Below are positions 18,647 through 27,886 of a stretch of 64,000 nucleotides of DNA, one piece after another. The notes under the pieces were generated by a model that saw only the letters and a list, made by a program, of their open reading frames with translations, was not told the origin of the DNA and searched no databases. The position numbers were made by a program, and so were the translations under genes. Every line of letters starts with the position of its first letter. Position 1 is the stretch's first letter. The DNA comes from Blastocatellia bacterium (GTDB lineage: Bacteria > Acidobacteriota > Blastocatellia > UBA7656), in the NCBI GenBank assembly GCA_035248905.1, contig DATFGX010000016.1:91022-155021 (forward strand). The letters are read 5' to 3'.

Positions 18647-20545
18647 TTACTTGTACTCGAACGCCGCCGGCAAGGTCGCGCTGCGCCCGTCCGTATTCGT
18701 CACCTTCACGTCTACCTTGCCCTTCGCACCGGCAGGCGTGCGGCAAGTGATCTTCGACGAGTTGACGATGACGACATTGGTCGCCGGGTTCGCGCCGATC
18801 ATCACGGTCGCGCCGGCTTCAAAGCCCGTGCCCTCGATGGTCACGTTGGTGCCGCCGGATTTCGAGCCGGAGTTCGGCGAAATCTTCGTCAGGCCGAGGA
18901 TCAGGTCGCGCATGCCGACCCAGGTGTAGCCCAGTTGCGTGATGCCATTCACCAGATTGGTAAAGTCCGTGTAGGCGTTGAGGAACGCCAGGTCCGGCTC
19001 GACCCAGAAGGGATGGAAGAAGAACGAGCCGAAGCCATCGCGTACCACCAGCGCATACTGCGCGTTCGTCAGCAGGTCTTGCCAGGTGTAGTTGAGGCAC
19101 GAGGTCGGGTCGATGCTGCAAATGTCGTATTCGATGTTGCCCAGGTTTTCAGGCAGGACGCGCTGCCCGTAATAATCCGACGAGATGATGTACGGGTAGA
19201 ACATGCCGCCGCTGAAATCATGGTTGGTGACGTTCGGGTCGAGCACCGGCGGGTCTGACGTGTAGTAGACCGCACGCTGATAGGTATTCGGGAACAGCCC
19301 GTTGATGGCGGCGTAAGCTTTCGGCGACGCCTGGTAGTGCGGCGCTTCGAACACGTCGGCCTGATAGCCGCTGCCTTGCAATTCGGCGATGCCTGCGCTC
19401 AAGCGATCAGCCGCCCAGGCGAACGAGTCTTCGGCGACGGGCCGGTTGCCGGTGGCGTACCAGAATTCGAAATCGTCGGCGCTCACCGCCGTGTGCAGGT
19501 TCGGCACGTTGCTGTACTGGTGCGTGTAGCCGTGCATCAGCACAGAGCCGCCGCGCGTCTTGGCGTACTTCAAGGAGCTCAGCAGGTCATCCGCGTCGGC
19601 CAGATGAATCTCCTGCGACACGCCGCCGTTGTAATGGCCCAGCGGGTCGCGGTAGAAGGGGATCACAGCGATCGAGAAGTTGATCTTCTTGCCTTTGAGG
19701 AAATCGGTCAGCCGCGCCATCGCATTCTTATCAACGGTCGCGGCAACGTCTTCCAGGCGCACCATCGCGCGGTGCTGCTCCGGGTGGTTGATGCCGAGAA
19801 TGTCGTGCAGGATGTCGCACAGCGCCAGGTAGCGGTCGCGCGGGCCGATGAACGACAGCGGCAGGTCGGCGAAGTACCAGAAGTTGCCCGCACGGACGAT
19901 GTACGGCGCGGTCTCCTGCGTGACGGTGTTCTTGGCGGTCACCAGCGTCGTCGCCTTGGTCGCGTCGGTGATCTGCACGAAGCCAAAATCAGGGTCGGCA
20001 TTCACTGTGTTGGTCGCCGCGTCGTAGGCGTAATACTTCACCATCGCCTTGTTCTTGTAGGTGATCGTGTCAAAGAAGCCGGGGGCAGGATTCGCAGACG
20101 ACGGCGTGCTGTTCAGCCCGCGCAGGTTGAGGAAGTTGAAGCCATGCGTCGCCGGGAAGTTGTAGGTCGCGTCCCAGCTCAGCTTCCAGAAATTATACTT
20201 GAACCAGACCATCGGCTTGGTGGTCTGCGCCGCGTCCGCGAGGAAGCTCACCGGCAGCGGGTTGTCGTAGAGCGCGCCCATGTAAAACGTCGCCTGGTGC
20301 GCATTGATCTGCCCGGCGGTGTAGGTTTCGACCGGCACGAGGTCGGCTTTCATCTGAAAATGGCCGAGCAGGTTGCTCAACATAATGGCGTAGATGAATC
20401 CCAGCTTGCCATATTGCGTGTTGGTCGAATCGTAGAGGATCAGCACGGGATTGGCGGTCGGCGCCGCCTGACTGCGCGAGCGCTGCGGCACGTAGGCAAT
20501 CAACATTCCTGCGACGAGGGCAAAGATGAGCAAAGTCTTCTTCAT
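18647..20545 (-). CDS. secreted polysaccharide deacetylase-like (DUF2334-type) protein with C-terminal IPT/TIG domain
   Basis: Signal peptide (MKKTLLIFALVAG) with AGGAGA RBS; central region with RLEDV...HGYTHQ motifs of the DUF2334 putative deacetylase fold; C-terminal Ig-like IPT/TIG (SPNSGSKSGGTNVTIEGTGF...). Confidence 0.5.
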   Translation of the reverse strand: MKKTLLIFALVAGMLIAYVPQRSRSQAAPTANPVLILYDSTNTQYGKLGFIYAIMLSNLLGHFQMKADLVPVETYTAGQINAHQATFYMGALYDNPLPVSFLADAAQTTKPMVWFKYNFWKLSWDATYNFPATHGFNFLNLRGLNSTPSSANPAPGFFDTITYKNKAMVKYYAYDAATNTVNADPDFGFVQITDATKATTLVTAKNTVTQETAPYIVRAGNFWYFADLPLSFIGPRDRYLALCDILHDILGINHPEQHRAMVRLEDVAATVDKNAMARLTDFLKGKKINFSIAVIPFYRDPLGHYNGGVSQEIHLADADDLLSSLKYAKTRGGSVLMHGYTHQYSNVPNLHTAVSADDFEFWYATGNRPVAEDSFAWAADRLSAGIAELQGSGYQADVFEAPHYQASPKAYAAINGLFPNTYQRAVYYTSDPPVLDPNVTNHDFSGGMFYPYIISSDYYGQRVLPENLGNIEYDICSIDPTSCLNYTWQDLLTNAQYALVVRDGFGSFFFHPFWVEPDLAFLNAYTDFTNLVNGITQLGYTWVGMRDLILGLTKISPNSGSKSGGTNVTIEGTGFEAGATVMIGANPATNVVIVNSSKITCRTPAGAKGKVDVKVTNTDGRSATLPAAFEYK

Positions 20546-20612
20546 AAGGTTCTCTCCTGGTTGTGAGCGATGACGGGTCAATCCAGGCGCGGGCGGCGCG
20601 CTCACGGGCTAG

Positions 20613-20828
20613 TTACTTTTTGCCGTTCCTATCTACGTGGCCTTTGCAGAGTACAGGCGTTATGTCACCGGGCTTAGCGACAATCTTGACATCTCGGTCG
20701 GGCTTGCCGGGCGCGGGAGTATTGCTGAATACGGGTTTATCTTTGCCGTGCGTTACAGGCTGCGGGCCGGCGGTAATCAAGATGAGAAGCGACAGCAGCA
20801 GGACGGGGAAGGCTAAAAAGCGAGTCAT
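20613..20828 (-). CDS. small secreted hypothetical protein (about 71 aa)
   Basis: Signal peptide MTRFLAFPVLLLSLLILITAG; Lys-rich mature region. Confidence 0.4.
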   Translation of the reverse strand: MTRFLAFPVLLLSLLILITAGPQPVTHGKDKPVFSNTPAPGKPDRDVKIVAKPGDITPVLCKGHVDRNGKK

Positions 20829-21078
20829 TGAGATTCCTCCTTGACCGAATGCCTGGGCAGCGTGTGGCCGCGGCATCCGCGGTTGATCTTCGAGACAGAC
20901 GGGCGCTCATCAGCTCACGCCACACGTCTGCGTGGTTACACCGAGTCATATGAGGAACCCTTCCGGCAATCGAATCAAATTGCCAATGTGGCGCGCCTTC
21001 CAAAAGCGGCACCCGGCCTCCCCGCATAGGTGATCTACGCGGGGCCGCGGTGGCGGGGATGACTCATTCAGGCAGGCT

Positions 21079-21468
21079 TTAACTGAGGGTCAGTCGGAGG
21101 CCGAGCTTTTCACAGATGGCGCGGATGCGCTGGATGCGATGACGCGACGGCAGTTCGAGGATGGGCGAGCCTTTCGCCCGCGGCTTGCTGACGCCGGCGT
21201 GCGCCGCTGATCTCCAAAGGAGGGTTTCGCCGCGCGGCAGTCGCTTCAATTCAGAGGTGAGCGCATTGATGCCGATGCGCTCACTTGCTTTCGCGGTAAT
21301 CTCGTCGTAGCTCTTGGCGCGATTCGTCCCGGCAATCACGGCATAGTGCCAGCGGCCTTTCACTTTCCAGCTATACAGCTCGTAGCCTTTCACGGCCTGC
21401 GCCGCCTGCGCCGAAGCGACGAGCGCGACAAGTAAACCGACCGCGGTAATTGATCTGCGTAGCATCAA
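21079..21468 (-). CDS. small secreted hypothetical protein
   Basis: Signal peptide MMLRRSITAVGLLVALVASAQA; protein-like composition. Confidence 0.45.
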   Translation of the reverse strand: MMLRRSITAVGLLVALVASAQAAQAVKGYELYSWKVKGRWHYAVIAGTNRAKSYDEITAKASERIGINALTSELKRLPRGETLLWRSAAHAGVSKPRAKGSPILELPSRHRIQRIRAICEKLGLRLTLS

Positions 21469-21483
21469 GCCTCCTTGAACAGC

Positions 21484-22980
21484 CTAGCGGCAGGCGCAGG
21501 TGTTGTTGTTAATGTTGCGGTCGGTGATGCTGAACGTCCGCCCTTGCGCGTAGAGCTGAATCGCAGCCGTCGCCTTGCCGGTCGCTGTGTCAATGGTCGC
21601 CGTCACCCGGCGGTCGCTGGCGTTGTGTTGTAAGGTGATCGTGCTGCCGCGTCTGGTCAGTGTGCCGCTGCCGCCGACCGTCAACCCGGCGCAGTTAGTG
21701 AACTGGTACTCGCCGGTCGAGGTGTTGATTTGGAGAAGGCTGCCGCTGCTGTCATCTTGGACGCAGAGGTCGAATGGAGGGGAAGCTTCGTATGCGCCGA
21801 CGTCACAACGAAACACCCCATTTCTATCGCCGTCTTGCGGGCGGGCGACACCTCGCTGATCCTGGGTGACCGGATTGAGGAACACGTCGGTACAGTCAGT
21901 GACGGCGTCGATGGCGACGCTGCCGGGCAAGAGCGCATAAGTAGCCGCCGTCCCTGGGGCGTTGACTTGCAGCGGGCCGAGCTTAAGTTGAGCGAGCGTG
22001 ACCAGAGTAAAGCCGGAAGGAGGTGTAGGGGGGAAGACATAACAGGAATCCTCCGTCGTCAGATTGATTCCCAAGGCGTTGACAGTTCCCTCGTTAACGC
22101 AGTCGTTCCCCGCCTGGGCCGCCAGGTTGTTAGCCAGGATTGAGTTCTTGATGTTGACCGTGCCGAAAGTATTGAAGCCGCCGCCGGCGCCGGCAGAGTT
22201 CCCAACCAGTGTGCAATTGGAAATATTCGCCGTGCCGCTGTCGACGACAATGGCACCGCCGTCGCCTAAGCCGGCAGAGTTATCTGATAGCGTGCAATTG
22301 GTCAGGGTCAGGGTGCCGCCATTGTTTGCGATGCCGCCGCCATTGATAGAGAAATTGTGATACAGCGTGCTGTTGGCGAGTGTGACGATTCCACCGTTAT
22401 TGCGGATGGCCCCGCCACTGATGATACAGGAGTTGTTTGACAGCGTGCTATCGATGATTGAGACGGTGCCGCCGTTATTGTTAGTAATGCCGCCCGCTTC
22501 AGAAGCGGAATTCTCCGATAAAACGACGTTCGCCAGGGTCACTGTTCCGCCGTCATTGAAGATTCCTCCACCATCTGAAAAGTGGGCGTTTCCTTGACTG
22601 ATGGTCAGACTGGAGAGTTTTATCGTATTACCGCTGGCGACCTCAAACACCCGCGACGCATGGTTGCCGCTAATGACAAGGCTCGACGCAGCGGGGCCGG
22701 TAATGGTCAGGCTATCACTAATGAGCAGTTCCCCTGTCGTCAAGAGAATCGTTCCGGTGAGGCCGGCCTGAAAACTAATCGTGTCGGCACCCGAATGACT
22801 GTTCGCATCAAGGATCGCCTGACGGAGTGATCCCGGCCCGCTGTCGTTGAGGTTCGTTACCGTAAATGCGGTTTGCGGCAGGGCGGCACGCTGCACGCGC
22901 GCCCCGAAAGAAGGGCTTGGAAGAATCAGCGCCAGAATAATGAGGCTCAAGGTAATCCGGCTTGAACGATGTTCGAGCAT
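21484..22980 (-). CDS. secreted right-handed parallel beta-helix repeat protein (Pmp/CSLREA-like GGAI repeats)
   Basis: AAGGAGA RBS before MLEHRSS; more than ten tandem repeats of the GG[AG]I.NNGGT[VL]T[LI].N[ST]TL type characteristic of beta-helix adhesin-like proteins. Confidence 0.7.
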   Translation of the reverse strand: MLEHRSSRITLSLIILALILPSPSFGARVQRAALPQTAFTVTNLNDSGPGSLRQAILDANSHSGADTISFQAGLTGTILLTTGELLISDSLTITGPAASSLVISGNHASRVFEVASGNTIKLSSLTISQGNAHFSDGGGIFNDGGTVTLANVVLSENSASEAGGITNNNGGTVSIIDSTLSNNSCIISGGAIRNNGGIVTLANSTLYHNFSINGGGIANNGGTLTLTNCTLSDNSAGLGDGGAIVVDSGTANISNCTLVGNSAGAGGGFNTFGTVNIKNSILANNLAAQAGNDCVNEGTVNALGINLTTEDSCYVFPPTPPSGFTLVTLAQLKLGPLQVNAPGTAATYALLPGSVAIDAVTDCTDVFLNPVTQDQRGVARPQDGDRNGVFRCDVGAYEASPPFDLCVQDDSSGSLLQINTSTGEYQFTNCAGLTVGGSGTLTRRGSTITLQHNASDRRVTATIDTATGKATAAIQLYAQGRTFSITDRNINNNTCACR

Positions 22981-23135
22981 AGAAGTCTCCTTTAGTTCGC
23001 GGCCAAGATTCCATGCTTGTGAACTATGGGCCAATGACCGTCATCAAATCTCAGCGTGACCGCCGATACCATATCGCAAGGGTTAATCGCGAGCAAGAGC
23101 GCAGTCACAATCCTGAGCAGGCTGCGTCCGGCCTT

Positions 23136-24497
23136 TTACTCGCCGAGGTGTGCGCCCATCATCACGCCTTCGATCTCGTCAATCGTCTTCGGCACGCGTG
23201 CCGACAAGACCTCGCAGCCGTCCGCAGTCACCAGCACATCATCTTCAATACGCACGCCGATGCCGCGATAGCGCGCCGGCACGTCTTCCAGGTCGGCGGC
23301 GACGTACAGGCCCGGCTCGATGGTCAGCACCATGCCCGGTTCGAGCTTGCGCCATTCGTCGGCGACTTTGTACGGCCCGGCGTCGTGAACATCCATCCCC
23401 AGCCAGTGACTCGTGCGGTGCATGTAGAATTTTCTGTAGCCCGGCGGGTCCGACGGCTTCTGATACTTGTCACCCTCTTCGATCAACTTGTCAACATCGC
23501 CTTCGAGCAGGCCGAGCCGCACCAGCCCCGCGGTCAATACGCGCACGGCGCGGTTGTGCGGCTCGATGAAGGTCGCCCCGGGCCGCACCGCTTTGATGGC
23601 TTCCGTCTGCGCGTCGAGCACGACTTGATAAATCTCCGCCTGGGCCTGCGTGAAGCTGCCGCTCGCCGGCCAGGTGCGCGTCACGTCGCCGGTGAAGTAG
23701 CCGAACTCTGCGCCTGCATCGATCAGCAGCAAATCCTCTGCATCAATGCGCGCCGTGTTGGTGACATAATGCAGCACCGTCGCGTTCGTGCCCGCCGCGA
23801 CAATCGGTGCGTAGCCGTGGCGCGGGCTGCCCTCGCGGCGAAAGACGTAGCGCAGCGTCGCTTCGATCTCGTACTCGTGCATTCCCGGACGCAGCGCCCG
23901 CAGTGCGGCCAGGTGACCATCGCAAGTAATCTCGATGGCGCGGCGCAGCGTCGTTAGATCATCCGCCGTCTTAATCAAGCGCATCTCGTGGAGAATGTCT
24001 GCGGGATCGATCACCGAAGTCGGGCCGACGCCGCTGCGCTGGCGCTCGCGCTGAAAGCGGCGCACCCAGCCGACCAGACGCTCGTCGAATGTCGGGTCGC
24101 TGCCGAAGCGATAATAGATGCGCTCCGCCTTTGCCGCGAGCAGCAGCTTCGGCAGCTCTTCGTCGAGCTTATCGATGGTGAAGGCGGCGTCGGCGCCGTA
24201 GTCGCGCTTCGCGCCTTCTTCGCCGGCGCGCCAACCTGTCCAGACTTCGCGCTCGCGGTCTTTCGGCTGCACGAAGAGTGTGAAGCGGTGCTCCGGGTGA
24301 TCGGGCACGAGCACGGCGACCGCGCTCGGCTCTTCGAAGCCGGTCAGGTAATAAAAGTCCGTGTCCTGCCGGTACTCGTGCTCAACGTCGTTGTTGCGAA
24401 TGGCGGCGGGGGCCGCCGGAAAGATGGCCGCCCCACCGGGGATGCGCGCCATCAATTGTTCGCGCCGCTTTTTCATCTGCTGCATCGGCTTCTCCAT
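23136..24497 (-). CDS. pepP: Xaa-Pro aminopeptidase (M24B family)
   Basis: AMP_N-like N-terminal domain (FYYLTGFEEP) and M24 catalytic domain with metal ligands (HGxxHxLGxDVHD, EPG, IEDD); start placed at MEKPMQQMKKRR. Confidence 0.85.
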   Translation of the reverse strand: MEKPMQQMKKRREQLMARIPGGAAIFPAAPAAIRNNDVEHEYRQDTDFYYLTGFEEPSAVAVLVPDHPEHRFTLFVQPKDREREVWTGWRAGEEGAKRDYGADAAFTIDKLDEELPKLLLAAKAERIYYRFGSDPTFDERLVGWVRRFQRERQRSGVGPTSVIDPADILHEMRLIKTADDLTTLRRAIEITCDGHLAALRALRPGMHEYEIEATLRYVFRREGSPRHGYAPIVAAGTNATVLHYVTNTARIDAEDLLLIDAGAEFGYFTGDVTRTWPASGSFTQAQAEIYQVVLDAQTEAIKAVRPGATFIEPHNRAVRVLTAGLVRLGLLEGDVDKLIEEGDKYQKPSDPPGYRKFYMHRTSHWLGMDVHDAGPYKVADEWRKLEPGMVLTIEPGLYVAADLEDVPARYRGIGVRIEDDVLVTADGCEVLSARVPKTIDEIEGVMMGAHLGE

Positions 24498-24607
24498 TTG
24501 CTTGTCCACGCAGTTGGTGCGAGAATTTTTAACTATATCGGGCGCGCGAAATCGGCGGCAAGCGGCAAGCTCGCGCGCCAGCGACTTCAAAGGCAAAGGC
24601 GGACGAA

Positions 24608-26365
24608 TTGAGCGCAACACCTTTCACCTTAGTCAGCAGCCGGCAAGACGCGGAACAGGCTCTGGGAGCCATTTCGCGGGTTCCGATCCTCGGCGTTGAC
24701 ACTGAAACCACCGGCCTTGATCCCTTCCGCAGTCGTGTGCGCCTGCTGCAAATCGCCACGCCGGAACACACCTTCGTCTTCGACCTGTTCGCTTACGCGG
24801 CGCTCAGCGACGCGCCGCTGCGCCAGGTGCTTGCAGACGCGCAGGTCACGAAGGTCTTTCACAACGCCAAGTTCGATCTGAAGATGCTGCTCTATCACTT
24901 CGACATCGAAGTGCGCGGCGTCTTCGACACGCTGCTGGCCAGCCAGTTGATCGCTGCGGGCCGCAGCGAAGACCGGCACTCGCTCGCCGCCGTCGTCGAA
25001 CGCAACCTCGGCCAGACCGTTGACAAGTCGATGCAGGTGAGCGACTGGTCGGGGAAGCTATCTCCGTTACAGTACGAGTACGCTGCGAAAGACGCGGCGC
25101 TGATGTTGCCGTTGCGCGAGGCGGTCACCGCCAAGCTCGAACACCTGGGTCTCGCGGACGCGGCGCGGCTCGAAATGGAGTGCGTGTTGCCGATTGCCGC
25201 GATGGAGCTTGCCGGCATGGCGATTGACGTGGCGTGCTGGCGCGGGCTGGTGGCGAATCTCGAACGCGCCCACGACGCGCTGTCGGTCGAGCTGCGCCGC
25301 GAGTTGTCGGCGGGCGTCCCGCAGTTGTCGCTCTTTGACGAGCCGCCGAAGATTAACGTTGACAGTCCCGCGCAAGTGACCGAAGCGCTCGCACGCATGG
25401 GCATCAAGGTCGAAGGCACGCGAAGCTGGCAGCTTGAGCCGCTGGCGAAAGCTCATCCGGCGGTGGCGCGGCTGCTGGAATACCGTAGCGTGCAGAAATT
25501 GCTCTCCAGCTATGGCGCGGCGATACTCGATCACGTTCACCCGGTGACCGGGCGCATTCATGCAGACTTTCAGCAGATCGGCGCGACCGGCGGGCGCATG
25601 GCCTGCTCGAAGCCCAACCTGCAACAGGTGCCGAACACGCCGGAGTATCGCTCGTGTTTTCGCGCCCCCGCCGGGCGCAAGCTGGTGATCGCCGATTACT
25701 CGCAGATTGAGCTGCGCATCCTCGCCGACTGGTCGCAGGACACGGCGCTGGTCAAAGCCCTGTTGTCGGGCGAAGACCTGCATTGCGTGACCGCCAGCCA
25801 GATGTTCGGCATCCCGCTCAGCGAAGTGAGCAAAGCGCAGCGCGCCGCCGCCAAGCAGTTGAACTACGGCATTATGTACGGGCTGGGGGCGCCGGGGCTG
25901 GCGGCGCGCATCGATTGCGCACCGGAAGAGGCCGAAGGGTTGATTCGCAAATACTTCGCGGCCTACAGCGGCGTCGCGGCCTTCCTGCGCGAGGCTGCCG
26001 ACCGCGCCATCACCGAGCGCCAGAGCCGCACGCGCTCCGGAAGGTTGATTACTTTCTCGTTCGACTCTGGCGACCGCGCGCAGGTCGCGGCGAACCAGCG
26101 GCTCGGCAAAAACGCACCGATCCAGGGGTCGAGTGCCGACATCATCAAGCGGGCGCTGGCGCTCATCTACGACGCCCTGCACCCATTCGACGCCCGCATC
26201 GTCAACTGCATTCACGACGAGATTGTCATCGAAGCCGCCGAGGCGCAGGCCGCTGAAGTGGCGCTGCTGCTCGACCACCAGATGGTCGCGGCAGCGCATG
26301 AGTTCATCAGCAGCGTGCCGGTCACGGTTGACGCGATCATCAGCGATGCCTGGCTGAAATCGTAG
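24608..26365 (+). CDS. compact family-A DNA polymerase: 3'-5' exonuclease domain fused to a short Pol I-type polymerase domain, with no 5'-3' exonuclease domain
   Basis: Exo I (GVDTETTGLD), Exo II (FHNAKFDLKML), Exo III (YEYAAKDA); polymerase motif A (IADYSQIELRILA), motif B (RAAAKQLNYGIMYG), motif C (IHDEIVIE); only 585 aa. Confidence 0.8.
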   Translation: MSATPFTLVSSRQDAEQALGAISRVPILGVDTETTGLDPFRSRVRLLQIATPEHTFVFDLFAYAALSDAPLRQVLADAQVTKVFHNAKFDLKMLLYHFDIEVRGVFDTLLASQLIAAGRSEDRHSLAAVVERNLGQTVDKSMQVSDWSGKLSPLQYEYAAKDAALMLPLREAVTAKLEHLGLADAARLEMECVLPIAAMELAGMAIDVACWRGLVANLERAHDALSVELRRELSAGVPQLSLFDEPPKINVDSPAQVTEALARMGIKVEGTRSWQLEPLAKAHPAVARLLEYRSVQKLLSSYGAAILDHVHPVTGRIHADFQQIGATGGRMACSKPNLQQVPNTPEYRSCFRAPAGRKLVIADYSQIELRILADWSQDTALVKALLSGEDLHCVTASQMFGIPLSEVSKAQRAAAKQLNYGIMYGLGAPGLAARIDCAPEEAEGLIRKYFAAYSGVAAFLREAADRAITERQSRTRSGRLITFSFDSGDRAQVAANQRLGKNAPIQGSSADIIKRALALIYDALHPFDARIVNCIHDEIVIEAAEAQAAEVALLLDHQMVAAAHEFISSVPVTVDAIISDAWLKS

Positions 26366-26380
26366 CGGGGATCACACATC

Positions 26381-27385
26381 CTACTGGAAGCGGATCGAGT
26401 AGTTCGCAAGGGCTGCGAGGTGACTTGCGGCTTCGGTCTTCCATCTGGCGTCGGCTGCCGAATCAATAAACTGCTGCCAGTCGCGGCGGGCTTCTGCGTA
26501 GCGCGCGGCGCTCTCATAGGCCAGGGCGCGGTTGAACAGGGCTTCGCTGTAGGCGGGGTTGATCTCCAGCGCGCGGCTGAAGCTCGTAATCGCCGCATCG
26601 TTGTTCTGTAGCTGAAACTGCGCCACGCCGAGGTCGTTGTAGAGTTCTGCCGTCTCGATGCCGCGCGCCCGCAAACTGTTGAGAATCGCCTGCGCCTGCC
26701 GCGCATGCTCCGGGCGGTCGAAGGCGAGGTGGGCGCGCGCCAGCATCTGCCGCATCTCAGGATTGGCGCTGTCGCTTGCGGCGGCGCGCAACTCACCCAG
26801 CGCACGATTCAGATGAAAGTCCGGCGAATCGTTGCTGCCGCGCGTCGGCTTGTACGGCGAGTAATCGAAACCACCTGAGAGGCGCGCGGCGCTGCGCCGC
26901 TCGTCCTTCATCGCCAGCTGGAGCGATTGCCGCGCCGCGGCGCTCGCCGGTTCGTTGCGCATCATCAGATAAACACCGCCGGCCAACAGCGCACAGATGA
27001 CCAGAGCTGCCGCCGCGAGCGGCACGCGGAAACGGTAGGCCCAGCCGAGTCGCGGTGCGGAGCCTGAAGGGTTGCCGGCGGTCGCACTGTTGCGGCGCTC
27101 GCTCTCTTCAAACAACTGCATCACGCGCGCGGTCTGCTGTTGCACTTCGGCGCTCGACGGCGGCGGCAGCTCAGTGATCTCGGCTTCAGGAAACCGCGCC
27201 AGCAAGACGAGCAGCCCGCGGCAATCGTCGCAGGCGGCAAAGTGCTGCTCCAGTTCGTGGCGCGCCGGTGCGGACAGGCGCTGCTCGGCGTAATTCAGGA
27301 TGTCGGCTTCCGTTGGGCACGGCAGCGCGGCGGCGCGCGGCGGCCTGCCGCCAAGCCAGCTTGGTAATGAATCGATGAGGCCCAT
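26381..27385 (-). CDS. membrane anti-sigma factor-like protein: N-terminal zf-HC2 zinc finger, one TM helix, periplasmic TPR domain
   Basis: zf-HC2 pattern (LEQHFAACDDCRGLL); TM VPLAAAALVICALLAGGVYLMM; C-terminal TPR repeats; no sigma-factor gene adjacent. Confidence 0.6.
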   Translation of the reverse strand: MGLIDSLPSWLGGRPPRAAALPCPTEADILNYAEQRLSAPARHELEQHFAACDDCRGLLVLLARFPEAEITELPPPSSAEVQQQTARVMQLFEESERRNSATAGNPSGSAPRLGWAYRFRVPLAAAALVICALLAGGVYLMMRNEPASAAARQSLQLAMKDERRSAARLSGGFDYSPYKPTRGSNDSPDFHLNRALGELRAAASDSANPEMRQMLARAHLAFDRPEHARQAQAILNSLRARGIETAELYNDLGVAQFQLQNNDAAITSFSRALEINPAYSEALFNRALAYESAARYAEARRDWQQFIDSAADARWKTEAASHLAALANYSIRFQ

Positions 27386-27646
27386 CTCTCTCTTCCCCCA
27401 GTGTCATGCAGATATTAAAGCGGCTGTGTCTCTTCGATGTTCAGCGCATCAAACCGGCGCACCGGCCGGTTCTGCCCACTGGCTGAGAACTTCAGACAAT
27501 CAATCGCGGCTGTCAGAAGGCCGCATCGTTCCACTTTCGGCGCGGCCTGCGGGGCGGTTTTTTCCGCCCTCATGATGGATAGACGGAGAAAGAGTGGCAA
27601 TTCATGCGAAAATTTTTCGTCCGGGCGATTTTTTTTTTTGCGCCGC

Positions 27647-27877
27647 TCAGGCCCGCCGCGCTTTTTGTTCAAGGCACTGGCGCGAGCAGAAATCGCGCCC
27701 GCCGACGACCAGAGCACTCGTTTGGGTGATGAACATTCCGCATGTCTCGCAGCGCACCATCGCCGCCGTGCGGCGCGCTGCCCGGTCGCGGCTGGCGCGC
27801 GACGGCGTCAGCAGCCAGCGCACGAACCGCCAGGCCAGGTAAGCAAGCACACAATAGAAGATCAATCTGAACAACAT
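27647..27877 (-). CDS. small membrane-anchored YHS/TRASH-domain (metal-binding zinc-ribbon-like) protein
   Basis: N-terminal TM helix; C-terminal CETCGMFI...GGRDFCSRQC matching the YHS domain consensus (CxxCGM...FCSxxC); 10 bp downstream of the TPR gene, so probably co-transcribed. Confidence 0.55.
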   Translation of the reverse strand: MLFRLIFYCVLAYLAWRFVRWLLTPSRASRDRAARRTAAMVRCETCGMFITQTSALVVGGRDFCSRQCLEQKARRA

Positions 27878-27886
27878 CGCGGCTCA

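Noticed and set aside
19337-20566. 409-aa plus-strand ORF
   Set aside because: Antisense to the deacetylase-like gene; Arg/Val/Gly-rich; no motifs.
23013-23957. 314-aa plus-strand ORF overlapping pepP
   Set aside because: Antisense to a strongly supported M24B aminopeptidase; composition is noise.
25067-26299. 410-aa minus-strand ORF within the DNA polymerase gene
   Set aside because: Antisense to the polymerase gene, which carries intact Exo and Pol motifs.
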